From a virus (lineage: Duplodnaviria; Heunggongvirae; Uroviricota; Caudoviricetes): a stretch of DNA of 64,000 nt. This document shows positions 8,838-18,203 of the stretch, piece by piece. The notes below the pieces were generated by a model. That model worked only from the letters and a program-made list of their open reading frames with translations. It ran no database searches and was not told where the DNA came from. The first letter of the stretch is position 1. Every line of letters starts with the position of its first letter. The stretch is taken from IMG/VR virus record IMGVR_UViG_3300003310_000099, positions 298,295-362,294 of that record. The stretch is one strand, 5' to 3'. Position numbers and translations under genes: made by a program.

Positions 8838-9080
8838 ATGGCTCGTCAGGAAACGACTGCTGGTTTCGAGGTTCTGCCGTTGCCGACGTATCGCACTTCT
8901 GCCAAGGAGTTTGCGGAGAAGGCCAAGGTCGATTATGCCGTGGCTCAGGGTTTCATCAAGTTCCTGGTCAGTCAGGGCATTGCGAAGGAAGTGGAGAAGC
9001 GTAAGGTTGTCGGTGCCAAGGGCAAGCCGACGAATGTGTATGAATTGCCGACTGAACTGCGGCTCAAGTTGGCGGCGTAA
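8838..9080 (+). CDS. winged-helix-like DNA-binding protein
   Basis: helix + LVSQGIAKEV + GKPTNVYEL wing; ends KLAA. Confidence 0.7.
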   Translation: MARQETTAGFEVLPLPTYRTSAKEFAEKAKVDYAVAQGFIKFLVSQGIAKEVEKRKVVGAKGKPTNVYELPTELRLKLAA

Positions 9081-9116
9081 GCCAAACAGGGGGGAACAAA
9101 CTGTTCCCCCCTTGAG

Positions 9117-9200
9117 GGCCGCGTGGTGGAATTGGCATACACAAGGGACTTAAAATCCCTCGCCTTTATCGGCTTATGGGTTCGAGTCCCATCGCGGCTA
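9117..9200 (+). tRNA. tRNA-Leu(TAA)
   Basis: Canonical cloverleaf: GTGGAATTGGCATACAC D-arm, AGGGA-CTTAAAA-TCCCT, long variable arm, GGTTCGAGTCC; no encoded CCA. Confidence 0.95.
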
Positions 9201-9239
9201 TTGCTTAGCTGTACTGAGTTCTTAAACGGAGGAATTTCG

Positions 9240-9428
9240 ATGTACGTTCTGAATGGGTGGAATCGGCGTGATGGTGAACTGGAGCAGAATTTCACCAAGA
9301 ATGAGGGTGAGACTGCTTTGGCGATTGCCCGAATTTGGCTGAGTAAGGGTTGGCGTCCTGTCTTGAAGTCTTACGTTGGCGGGATTCATCTCGTTCCTCT
9401 TTCTGTTCCGCTGCGTAAGGCTGCGTAG
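9240..9428 (+). CDS. hypothetical protein
   Basis: GGAGG RBS; ends RKAA. Confidence 0.65.
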   Translation: MYVLNGWNRRDGELEQNFTKNEGETALAIARIWLSKGWRPVLKSYVGGIHLVPLSVPLRKAA

Positions 9429-9483
9429 TGCCAGGGTAATCGCCCACCCTGCATAACCTTAGCTGTACCAAGGAGAGCATGAC

Positions 9484-9678
9484 ATGGAACCGCTGCCGAT
9501 TGGGACTGAGTATGATGGCAACGTAATTGTCGAAGTGGTCGATATGGACCCTTCTGACACTTATCAACCTTTCAGCTATCTCTTGGACAATGGTGAGATT
9601 GTTTGGATTCCTCAAGGGGAGGAACCGCAGTATATTATCACCGAACAAGGCAGGAATGTATTGCGTGCCAATCTGTAA
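9484..9678 (+). CDS. hypothetical protein
   Basis: ORF between two motif copies. Confidence 0.6.
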   Translation: MEPLPIGTEYDGNVIVEVVDMDPSDTYQPFSYLLDNGEIVWIPQGEEPQYIITEQGRNVLRANL

Positions 9679-9837
9679 CCTTAGCTGTACCAAGGAGCTT
9701 GTGATGTGGTGGAAAGTTTTCGCTGACGGCTCCGAGTACGACATTGTTTTCGCCGCAAGTGCCGAAGCAGCGATTGCTTACGCCAAGTGGAAGCATGGGG
9801 AAGCTGTTTGGACTGCACGTCTCTATTAGGAGCAGCA

Positions 9838-10071
9838 ATGCCGAAGATTGATTTCTGTTTTAGTGGTTGGGTGCGTGGCGTCAACGTCACGGAAGCGACG
9901 GACGATGAGGGCAACACGGTTGACGTATCCAAGATGGATGCAGGCGACCTTGCCAGGGACTTGGAGAATGGCAAGCTATTCATTTCCCTTGGCGATTATC
10001 TCTATCAGAATCGCAAAGGTGAAATTGAACTGACCGACTTCGAGGCGACTGACTATCCTCATTTACCTTAG
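9838..10071 (+). CDS. hypothetical protein
   Basis: AGGAG RBS; stop inside motif. Confidence 0.6.
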   Translation: MPKIDFCFSGWVRGVNVTEATDDEGNTVDVSKMDAGDLARDLENGKLFISLGDYLYQNRKGEIELTDFEATDYPHLP

Positions 10072-10207
10072 CTGTACCTAGTTCATTGCCCAATCATTCA
10101 GGAGTCAGTCATGGGTAATCCTGTTGTGACGCCAATGGACATTGCGTGGAACGGTGAAATCATGGAAGATGTTTACGGGTCGATGGAAGAGTATTGGGAG
10201 GAACAAG

Positions 10208-10408
10208 ATGACGTGGCGCAGCCTGATGCGGGAACTCAGTCGAATGAGCGACAACAAGCTGGACGGGCAGGCGATGATCTACCGCCCTTCTAGGGAGTTT
10301 GGGGCGGGTGAAGCCGAAGTTATTGCAATCAAAAGTCTTACGACCATTGACGGCGATATGGCTGAGGAATTCGATTTGGTGGATGGTGATCCAATTGGAT
10401 TAGCTTAG
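10208..10408 (+). CDS. hypothetical protein
   Basis: GAGG RBS; stop inside motif. Confidence 0.55.
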   Translation: MTWRSLMRELSRMSDNKLDGQAMIYRPSREFGAGEAEVIAIKSLTTIDGDMAEEFDLVDGDPIGLA

Positions 10409-10424
10409 CTGTACCAAGGTGGAT

Positions 10425-10688
10425 ATGAAAACACGCAAGTTCAAAATCACTGGAATGCCTTCTGAGCGTGAGTACAATGCTATGCCATTTGGCAGGCAGC
10501 TTGAGTTTGCTCAAAAGCTCAAGGACTTCAAGGCAACGGCCAAGTCAACGTGGCTGAGTCAGAAGCGACAGACGTACCAAAAGGCAATCAAGGAAGCGAT
10601 TGCGTTGCGAGACGTAAAGGAATACTACTGCGAGTTTTACAACGAACCGCAGTGCAAGGACGACGTTTTCGAGTTCTGGTATAAATAA
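10425..10688 (+). CDS. hypothetical protein (leaderless)
   Basis: ATG at motif+21. Confidence 0.65.
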   Translation: MKTRKFKITGMPSEREYNAMPFGRQLEFAQKLKDFKATAKSTWLSQKRQTYQKAIKEAIALRDVKEYYCEFYNEPQCKDDVFEFWYK

Positions 10689-10758
10689 CAAAGGAAACTA
10701 ACTATTAAGACCATACGAGCGCCGCCCGCAAGGGTATGAATTTACCACTTAATTAGAG

Positions 10759-10793
10759 GCAAGAGGGGAAAGTAAACCCTCTTGCTTTTTTTG
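10759..10793 (+). terminator. Rho-independent terminator
   Basis: GCAAGAGGG/CCCTCTTGC stem + T-run. Confidence 0.8.
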
Positions 10794-10864
10794 TCTTTTT
10801 AGAATAAGATTAGCTTAGCTGTACCGAGTGAGTTGTGTCAAGGATACAATTCATGGAGAGAAAC

Positions 10865-11254
10865 ATGACTCAACGCGAAGCGGTTTTTCAGGCGTGTGAG
10901 GATTTGGATGTGCGTTCGAGCGTGCCGACTTTGTTGAATGCGGCTGAGCGGATTTACGGTGGGGACATTACCTATCAGGCAGCGGTGAGTTATCGGTGCG
11001 AGTATCGCAAGCTGCACGGTATCAAGACGGACTGCCGCAAGAACGGGAAGAAGGGCCAATGGCGTCGGGACATGAAGAATGACCATACTGCTTCGTTGAA
11101 GCAGGTGAAGCGGCTGCATCACTTCCTCAAGTTGAAGCGGCCATCGGTGTCAAGTCTGGTGGCTTTGATGGGGGATGGCAGTGAAATGTTCCATAGCGTG
11201 GAACAGATCAAGAACGCGATTGCGGAATTCAACGAACTGCGAAAGGTTGCTTAA
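10865..11254 (+). CDS. hypothetical protein, paralogous to 15080..15547
   Basis: GGAG RBS; shared YxCxxRK...DCR motif. Confidence 0.65.
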   Translation: MTQREAVFQACEDLDVRSSVPTLLNAAERIYGGDITYQAAVSYRCEYRKLHGIKTDCRKNGKKGQWRRDMKNDHTASLKQVKRLHHFLKLKRPSVSSLVALMGDGSEMFHSVEQIKNAIAEFNELRKVA

Positions 11255-11291
11255 CCTTACAGGGTTCGCCCCCTGCTTTGGAGAATTTAAG

Positions 11292-12200
11292 ATGTGCAGT
11301 GTTAAGGGATGCGATAAGCCATGTGCTACAAATCGCAAGATGTGCGAACAGCATTTGGAAATATATCGTAATCGCTCAAAAAAAGTAATACAACAATATA
11401 TTGCAGATGGAAAATGCAGATATTGTCCTCAATTAAGGTTGCCTAATTTCCAAGTATGTGAAATGCACCTTTTGAAAAATAGGGCAAAATGTAAACTTCG
11501 TGGTGAAAAGCTAAGGCAAGAAGTTTTTGACCACTATGGAAAGCAATGTGTCTGTTGCGGCGAGTCAGAAATTAAGTTCTTGACCATCGACCATATCGGG
11601 AACGATGGCAGCACTCATCGTAAGAAGGAAAAGGTTGGGTCGGGAGGCAGTTTCTATGCTTGGTTAAAAAGAAATAATTTTCCTTCTGGCTTTCAAGTTC
11701 TTTGCTGGAATTGCAACGCGGCCAAGGGGCTATACGGTTCTTGCCCACATAACTTAGCTGTACCGAGTAAACATATGAACAATAAAATTCTCGTCATCAT
11801 GCAGGGGCACAGTGGTTCAGGTAAGTCTACCTTGGCGAAACAAATCGCCAAGGTAATTGACGCAGAAATCTTCTCCACGGATGAACTTTTCATTGTAAAC
11901 GGAGTTTATAAATTTGACCCTTCAAAATTAGGATTCTTCCACAAGAAGAACCTTGATAATTGCATTGCAGCAATGAAGAGGGGCGTGAATGTTGTGTGCG
12001 ACAACACAAACATTCGTCAATGGGAAGCTAAAGGGTATGTGGAAGCTGCCCTTGATTTGGGTTTTGAGGTTAAATTCATTCGAGCAACTGGAAACTTTCA
12101 GAACGTGCATGGCGTGCCGAATGACAAGGTTGAGCAGATGCGTGCGCGGCTGGAAGACTTGACGGTGGAAAGTGTCATGGCGAGCAAGAAGCCTTTTTAG
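11292..12200 (+). CDS. HNH endonuclease in frame with an AAA_33/N4BP2-like P-loop polynucleotide kinase (kinase has own start at 11775)
   Basis: CVCCG...LTIDHI...QVLCWNCNAAK; then GHSGSGKST, STD, DNTN, NVHGVP. Confidence 0.85.
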   Translation: MCSVKGCDKPCATNRKMCEQHLEIYRNRSKKVIQQYIADGKCRYCPQLRLPNFQVCEMHLLKNRAKCKLRGEKLRQEVFDHYGKQCVCCGESEIKFLTIDHIGNDGSTHRKKEKVGSGGSFYAWLKRNNFPSGFQVLCWNCNAAKGLYGSCPHNLAVPSKHMNNKILVIMQGHSGSGKSTLAKQIAKVIDAEIFSTDELFIVNGVYKFDPSKLGFFHKKNLDNCIAAMKRGVNVVCDNTNIRQWEAKGYVEAALDLGFEVKFIRATGNFQNVHGVPNDKVEQMRARLEDLTVESVMASKKPF

Positions 12201-12248
12201 CTTAGCTGTACCAAGTCAGTTGTGAGATTACTCTAACTGGAGCGACCG

Positions 12249-12587
12249 ATGAACGACCTGGAAAATGACGGGAACGAAAAAGACCTGTTGGATGAACTCA
12301 TGGAAGAGACGCCGACCAAGGGCGCGCTACTGCAATTCGATGACCTGGAAGCTGGTCAGTTGATTTGCGTCCACAGTATCAAGGGCAGCAATGATGCTGC
12401 TCCGATCATGGGGCAGGCGATGACGGTCAACGCCGTTTGCTTCCCGTTCTTCGTGGCGTCACTTTACGCGAATGGGGAAGTGCTGACGCTGGACGTGCGT
12501 TTCCTCAATCTCATGAAGTGCAACAAGGAATTCGCGGAAGCTCAGAAGAAGGCTGCAATGGCCCATAAGCGTGGGCCACAAGCCTAA
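12249..12587 (+). CDS. hypothetical protein
   Basis: GGAG RBS after motif. Confidence 0.7.
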   Translation: MNDLENDGNEKDLLDELMEETPTKGALLQFDDLEAGQLICVHSIKGSNDAAPIMGQAMTVNAVCFPFFVASLYANGEVLTLDVRFLNLMKCNKEFAEAQKKAAMAHKRGPQA

Positions 12588-12700
12588 ACCACATAGGCAT
12601 TTGTGTCCTGTGACCTTCATGGTCTATGGCACAATGTAAGACCTATTCTTGCTTATACCTTAGCTGTACTGAGTTGAGTGTAACTAAACTTGGGGGAGCT

Positions 12701-12844
12701 ATGGAAACGAACTTCTGCGATTACTGTCATCAGCCGTGTGGCCAACGTCGCTTCTGCGATGAAGTGTGCTATGAGGAGTATGAGAACGAGTACGCTGCAT
12801 TCATGGAATGCGTGCGGGAAGAGAATCACGACACTGACGATTGA
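12701..12844 (+). CDS. small zinc-finger-like protein (CxxC...FC...C)
   Basis: GGGGAG RBS. Confidence 0.55.
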   Translation: METNFCDYCHQPCGQRRFCDEVCYEEYENEYAAFMECVREENHDTDD

Positions 12845-12850
12845 ATCATG

Positions 12851-12982
12851 GTCCCTGTAGTGTAATGGTAGCACGGGTTTAACCGTTTTCTAATGGTGGC
12901 TATAGACGCCATGTAGAACGGCATAGTGCGCACTATGTTGCGAGGTGAAAACCAAGTGTGGCGTCGAAACCCACCAGGGGCA
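12851..12982 (+). ncRNA. tRNA-like RNA with a 68-nt structured region in place of the anticodon loop
   Basis: Acceptor GTCCCTG/CAGGGGC-A, D-arm GTGT-AATGGTA-GCAC, anticodon stem GGTTT/AAACC, degenerate T-arm. Confidence 0.7.
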
Positions 12983-13058
12983 GCCTATACCTTAGCTGTA
13001 CCAAGTCCATTGTAATCGCCCGCGTGTTGCTCCGAGCGAATCGGAGCCTATTTGGAGA

Positions 13059-13319
13059 ATGGCCATGCGGTACGCTGATCGTTTTTGTCAGTACACGGAA
13101 TCGTTCGAGAACGGTCACGTCTACATTTTCACTGGTCCGTGTGTGGTCACGGGCAAGCCTGTTACGGTCAAAGTGCCCGCCGAGGGGCTGTTTGCCTATC
13201 GGTCTGGTGCCCACATTCAGGACGCCTTCCCCACCCTATCCTCTGATGACCGTGAATTCCTCATGAGTGGGATAAGCAAGGAAGCGTGGGATGAGACTTT
13301 CAGTGGGGAAGAGGAGTAA
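13059..13319 (+). CDS. conserved hypothetical phage protein
   Basis: IQDAFPTLSSDDREFLMSGI motif recurrent in phage ORFs. Confidence 0.7.
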   Translation: MAMRYADRFCQYTESFENGHVYIFTGPCVVTGKPVTVKVPAEGLFAYRSGAHIQDAFPTLSSDDREFLMSGISKEAWDETFSGEEE

Positions 13320-13364
13320 TCCTTAGCTGTACCAAGTTCGTTAACTAAACTCTGGAGAACAGCT

Positions 13365-13592
13365 ATGTCAGTGATCGAAAAGATTCAGGCTGATTTCGCG
13401 GCTGCGGGCTATCAGTGGCAGGAACACATCTACAACGATGGTTTGCCTGGATGTAGCATCATGTTCACCAAGGACAAGAATCCTCACTATTTCGCTGAAC
13501 ACCCATGCGGTGATTTTGGGTGGGGCCGCTTTGAACGCTGGTGGGCATGGGCACAGGCTCATGAATGGTTGCTGAAAAGGCAAGCAGCATAG
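13365..13592 (+). CDS. hypothetical protein
   Basis: GGAG RBS; ends RQAA. Confidence 0.65.
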   Translation: MSVIEKIQADFAAAGYQWQEHIYNDGLPGCSIMFTKDKNPHYFAEHPCGDFGWGRFERWWAWAQAHEWLLKRQAA

Positions 13593-13637
13593 CTTAGCTG
13601 TACCAAGTCTTTTGTAATCACCTTTACTGGAGCAATC

Positions 13638-14081
13638 ATGTATCAGCAGTATCCGAGGGACTTGGTTGTTAGCACGCCGTTGGGTTCGGTCAAGGTGGCT
13701 ATCACTGATGATAAGCACGCCTACGTTGAAAGCAATGACGTGCTTATCATCAGTGGCAAGCCGATTCGGGTTACGCTGCACATTTTCCTACGGGATGGGC
13801 AGTGGACCGACAAGAACGAGAACGGGCGCAGCACGATCTACGCCAAAAAGCCCGACGTGTGGACCAATGATGAGGCAACGCCACTCCAAAAGGAAAAGGC
13901 AATCAAGGCAGTGGTGCCGACTGTGGGCAACTTCATCAATGCCAATGCCCATTTGCTGAAACAGGCACAAGCGGCACACGTTGCTAACGCTGTGGAAACG
14001 CTGGAAGGCCGCATTGCCGACAAGCGTAAGGAAATCGAAGAAATGGAAAAGGAAATCGCTGACCTGAAGGCGACTCTGTAA
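13638..14081 (+). CDS. hypothetical protein with C-terminal coiled coil
   Basis: GGAG RBS, cassette between motifs. Confidence 0.75.
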   Translation: MYQQYPRDLVVSTPLGSVKVAITDDKHAYVESNDVLIISGKPIRVTLHIFLRDGQWTDKNENGRSTIYAKKPDVWTNDEATPLQKEKAIKAVVPTVGNFINANAHLLKQAQAAHVANAVETLEGRIADKRKEIEEMEKEIADLKATL

Positions 14082-14129
14082 TAGCTTAGCTGTACTGAGT
14101 ACAGTGTAACCTTACTACGGAGAACGAAA

Positions 14130-14333
14130 ATGCAGGTCATCGACACTCCCGAAGGAATTCGTGCCTATCGTCTGTTGGCTTTGCGGGCCGCTTTGGGACT
14201 GGAAGTCAAGGGGCTGAAAGGGCGAGTGAACGCCTACGCCACAATCAAAAAGGAATTCGGCCTCAAGGGAACCAAGGCAAAGGTCTATGCCTTGTATGAG
14301 GCCAAGTTGCAGGAAATGGGGATTCTTAGCTGA
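14130..14333 (+). CDS. hypothetical phage protein
   Basis: GGAG RBS. Confidence 0.7.
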   Translation: MQVIDTPEGIRAYRLLALRAALGLEVKGLKGRVNAYATIKKEFGLKGTKAKVYALYEAKLQEMGILS

Positions 14334-14462
14334 GCGGAGGGCAGAAATCCTCCCAAGACGGGGAACCATAGGGTAAGAGCGGTGCTGGCTTAGGCCAAGA
14401 ACCTCTATGGTTCCCCGTAATTAGCTTAGCTGTACCAAGTAAAGCATAACCCTGGAGAAACC

Positions 14463-14648
14463 ATGTTGGAAAGCTGGATTCTGGCTCGTTACGATCTGAA
14501 TTACGAGATTGCTGTTGATGAGGGTCATCAGGAAGAGGCAAGCCGCATTGCTTGGGAGTGGACTGAGAAAGAGTACACTCGGATGTTTCATCGGGTCAAG
14601 GGCCAGAAACAGGCGCAGCAGCAGGAAGAAATCGCCCTCCGCGATTAG
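14463..14648 (+). CDS. hypothetical protein
   Basis: GGAG RBS. Confidence 0.6.
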   Translation: MLESWILARYDLNYEIAVDEGHQEEASRIAWEWTEKEYTRMFHRVKGQKQAQQQEEIALRD

Positions 14649-14688
14649 CTTAGCTGTACCAAGTTCATTGTAACCTACCTTTTGGAGA

Positions 14689-15003
14689 ATGGTCATGGAT
14701 ACGCTGGAACTTGCTTCGGCCCCCGTTGGTGAAGAGTGCGCTCAACTCGGTAGTCCCGACTATTACGAGCGGGCAAAGAAGGAATGCAACGCTTTCATTG
14801 GCCAACTTCGCCGTAAGTTCGGCAAAGAGCCAGTCGGCGCAAGGCTTTACGTCAAGGCCAACGCACATGACTTCGGGAGCTATTACGAAGTGGCGTGCAA
14901 ATTTGACGGAAGCAATCAAGAGGCAATCGAGTACGCTTTCGATCTTGAGGCCAATCTGCCCGAAAATTGGGACAAACAGGCCAAGAGCGAACTTGGGTTG
15001 TAG
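14689..15003 (+). CDS. conserved hypothetical phage protein
   Basis: PxxExCAQLG...HDFGSYYEV...LPENWD. Confidence 0.75.
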   Translation: MVMDTLELASAPVGEECAQLGSPDYYERAKKECNAFIGQLRRKFGKEPVGARLYVKANAHDFGSYYEVACKFDGSNQEAIEYAFDLEANLPENWDKQAKSELGL

Positions 15004-15079
15004 GGTTCAGGGTTCGCCCACCCTGCTTAACCTTAGCTGTACTGAGTTGGTTAAATCCCAAGGCTCGGAGTGTCTGGCG

Positions 15080-15547
15080 ATGATTAACACGGCGGAAGAA
15101 ATGATTCGGGTAGTTCTCGATGAAATCGGCCTTCAAAGCAGCTTAGCTGAGATTCGGAACCGAGTGGTCCAATCTCTGAACGAAATTAGAAAGAAATCGG
15201 CAACGGAAAGGATATTGCGTGAAATGGCTAAAGTTTGGGAGAGTTTTGCAAGAGGAGAACAGACATATGAGGCATGTCTGAAAAAAATCGAGCTATGGGC
15301 TGCGTTTATTTGGCAGGCCAATGACGACTCTGGGTATCTGTATGAGGGTTGCACATTAAACCCCGACCACATTTGGCATGAGTGGTGTGCCTGGATTTAT
15401 GTCGCAAATCCAGAAGGGTATAGTGTTGGTTATCCGAGTCTGGCATATTGTTGCCAGATCAGGAAGAAGGTGCAGAGGGAACGTGGCGAGGAATACGACT
15501 GCCGTACCTATGAAGGTCAACCCGACCGCAATATGATTCTGGTCTGA
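15080..15547 (+). CDS. hypothetical protein
   Basis: GGAG RBS after motif 15032. Confidence 0.65.
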   Translation: MINTAEEMIRVVLDEIGLQSSLAEIRNRVVQSLNEIRKKSATERILREMAKVWESFARGEQTYEACLKKIELWAAFIWQANDDSGYLYEGCTLNPDHIWHEWCAWIYVANPEGYSVGYPSLAYCCQIRKKVQRERGEEYDCRTYEGQPDRNMILV

Positions 15548-15600
15548 CCAACAGGGTTCGCCCACCCTGCTTTACAAACCTTAGCTGTACCGAGTACATC

Positions 15601-16695
15601 ATGAACACTCAAGAATATCTGCGTAACGGCAAGACGTTGGAAGACTTGACCTCTGAGTTTCACATCAACGTCACGAAGCACGATACGTTGCCGTTGGTCA
15701 TCCTGAACTACGATCAGATTGAGTCGCCTAAGACTCATCCGATTGTGCGGGAATGCCGTGGTTTGGTTCTCAACTCTGAGGACTATTCGCTGGTGGCGCG
15801 GGCTTTCGGACGGTTTTTCAATTGGGGTGAAGTGGCGGATGAGATGCCGTTGTTCGATTGGGATTCGTGCGTAGCTCACGAAAAGGTTGACGGTTCGCTG
15901 GTTCTCATCTACTACTTCGATGGACGTTGGCACGCGAATACGCGAGGCTCGTTCGCTGGTTGGCCGCTGTTCAACGATGAATATGTGGCGAAGTATTACG
16001 GTTTGCCGACGACGTTCAAGTGGTCCGATGGTTTCCTCAAGGCTTTAGGTGTCAATTCCCTTGAAGAGTTGAACCTTGACAAGTCGTTGACGTATGTATG
16101 CGAGTTTTGTTCGCTCTGGAACAAGGTAGTTCGGACGTACAATGAACCGTGTATGTATATGTTGACGCGGTTTGCGGGCATGGAGGAAATCGGGCCGACG
16201 TATCATCCGAACTTCAAGACGCTGGGGGCTTATCCGTTGAAGTCTGTACAGGATGTGCAGTCGTTTGTGATGGATCATCCCGAAGCGACTTTCGAGGGTG
16301 TAGTCGTCAAGGATGATGCGCACCGACGTTGGAAGTTGAAGAATCCGCGATACGTTGCGTTGCACCACATGAAGGGGAACGGTACGGAAATCTTCAAGCC
16401 TAAGAACTTGATGCCGTACATCCTCAAGAATGAGGGCGACGAATTGCTGACGTACTTCCCCGAAGTCAAGGATGTGTTTGCGGAGTACAAGGGCAAGGTT
16501 GACGATGCCTACAACGTCCTAGAAACGCTCTGGAAGGCGAATAAGGATATTCCCGTCCAAAAGGATTTTGCGTTGTCTATCGTGGGCAAGACGCCGTTTA
16601 CTTCAGTTCTGTTCAATCTCCGCAAGCAAGGGGGAACGTTGCGGGATGAATGGATGAAGCACGGGGATGGCATTCTGAAAGTGTTGTTCAAGTAG
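15601..16695 (+). CDS. RNA ligase, T4 Rnl1-like
   Basis: ECRGLVL, RFFNWGE, motif I EKVDGSL, motif IV EGVVV, motif V KLKNPRY; leaderless start. Confidence 0.9.
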   Translation: MNTQEYLRNGKTLEDLTSEFHINVTKHDTLPLVILNYDQIESPKTHPIVRECRGLVLNSEDYSLVARAFGRFFNWGEVADEMPLFDWDSCVAHEKVDGSLVLIYYFDGRWHANTRGSFAGWPLFNDEYVAKYYGLPTTFKWSDGFLKALGVNSLEELNLDKSLTYVCEFCSLWNKVVRTYNEPCMYMLTRFAGMEEIGPTYHPNFKTLGAYPLKSVQDVQSFVMDHPEATFEGVVVKDDAHRRWKLKNPRYVALHHMKGNGTEIFKPKNLMPYILKNEGDELLTYFPEVKDVFAEYKGKVDDAYNVLETLWKANKDIPVQKDFALSIVGKTPFTSVLFNLRKQGGTLRDEWMKHGDGILKVLFK

Positions 16696-16752
16696 TATCG
16701 AGGGCAGGGGAAAGCCAACCCTGCCCATTACCTTAGCTGTACCAAGGTGAAT

Positions 16753-16944
16753 ATGAAAACCAAAACAGTTTACGTCTGCGTCAAAGTCAAGGTGGAAATA
16801 CCCGACGTGCTTCCCGAAGACGTGGAGGATGCAGTCAACCTTGTAGTCAATGAACTTGACTACACCATGTCTTACGATCAGGATGGCATCAAGATCGTGG
16901 GCACGGAAATCATGGGCACGGTTGAGGCGGATTCAATTATCTAA
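16753..16944 (+). CDS. hypothetical protein (leaderless)
   Basis: ATG at motif+21. Confidence 0.6.
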   Translation: MKTKTVYVCVKVKVEIPDVLPEDVEDAVNLVVNELDYTMSYDQDGIKIVGTEIMGTVEADSII

Positions 16945-17017
16945 GTCAGGGTATCGCCCACCCTGCTTAACCTTAGCTGTACCAAGTCCAATGCAACCAA
17001 ACTCATTGGAGTCAAGT

Positions 17018-17230
17018 ATGTTTAACTTGATCGCAATCGCTGCCAGGTCACTTGGCCACCCGACCACTGGTGACTTCGCTTTCGCTCTATGGGAAATGTG
17101 CAGCGGCAACCGCCTGGACGTTCGGGACGCCAAGGCGTTGTATGAGGCGTGCGGTTATCTTCCTTTCAACGGGTATCCACTAACAAGGGCAACAAATGGG
17201 TTGGCAACGGAAACAGAACGACAAGCGTAA
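17018..17230 (+). CDS. hypothetical protein
   Basis: GGAG RBS. Confidence 0.55.
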   Translation: MFNLIAIAARSLGHPTTGDFAFALWEMCSGNRLDVRDAKALYEACGYLPFNGYPLTRATNGLATETERQA

Positions 17231-17529
17231 GCTGAACGGGCAAAAGGATTGGACGCGAGAACAAAAGGAACAGGTCAAGCGGTTTCTCAAACAGTATCCG
17301 CAAGGAGCGCAAGATGAACGACAGCAACGAAAAGCTGGATGATCTTTGGATTGACATTGGCGGCGAAGGCTAAATCTTAGCTGTACCAAGTAGAATGTAA
17401 CTCAAGTGAACCTTAATGAAAGGAAGCTATATTGCGTATAGTTTAGCCCAGAAGTAGCTCATTAGTTGGAAGTGGGACTAATGAGTGTGGGGCCTTACCA
17501 CTACTAGCTTTCTCTTACCTGGAGCAACC

Positions 17530-17706
17530 ATGTTGAAGATTTACACTCAGGACCACGGTTACAGTGGCATGATTGTTGCAGTCGCCAAGAATGAGGCGGA
17601 TGCAAGGAAGATCATGAAAGCTGCCGCCAACTACTATGAACATACGCCAGTTGAGGAACATGAAATCAAGGAAGGTTTCATGGAATACAATATGGGTGAC
17701 GGCTAA
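17530..17706 (+). CDS. hypothetical protein
   Basis: GGAG RBS; VAVAKNEADARKI. Confidence 0.6.
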   Translation: MLKIYTQDHGYSGMIVAVAKNEADARKIMKAAANYYEHTPVEEHEIKEGFMEYNMGDG

Positions 17707-17751
17707 ACCTTAGCTGTACCTAGTTAATTGTAACCTAACTGGAGCCAACAC

Positions 17752-17955
17752 ATGGCGAAGCTGACGAATGCGGAACGGGAACAGTGGATCAACAACGATG
17801 AGGGTCTGTATGACTGGAAACGGTCGTCAAGGCTCTCAATGCGGGAGTTCATCAAGCAGAACAAGGAAGAGATTGACCAGTGCATCAACAACGTGCTGGG
17901 CAACAAACAGCCTGCCCATTACCTCAAGTATGGGCGCTACCCTACATGGCGGTAG
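17752..17955 (+). CDS. hypothetical phage protein
   Basis: WINNDEGLYDW motif; GGAG RBS. Confidence 0.7.
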   Translation: MAKLTNAEREQWINNDEGLYDWKRSSRLSMREFIKQNKEEIDQCINNVLGNKQPAHYLKYGRYPTWR

Positions 17956-18203
17956 CATCAATCCCAACGCTTGGAGTTCATCCCGTGGAAAACGAATTCG
18001 ATCTTTACATCATCATGGCACACGCTGAACATTTGCGGCGTCAGTTGCTGAACAACGAAAAGCCCGATGCGTGGCGTATCAAGCGGCTGAGTGAATTGGC
18101 TCAAAACATCGAACGCGAGTACGATGAGCAATACCAAAAGTGGTGCGATGAGCAAGAGCTTAGCTGTACCGAGTGAGTTGTGATAACTCAAGCGGAGAGT
18201 ACC

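Noticed and set aside
12881-12948. Group I intron in tRNA
   Set aside because: 68 nt is far too short and no P7 core is visible
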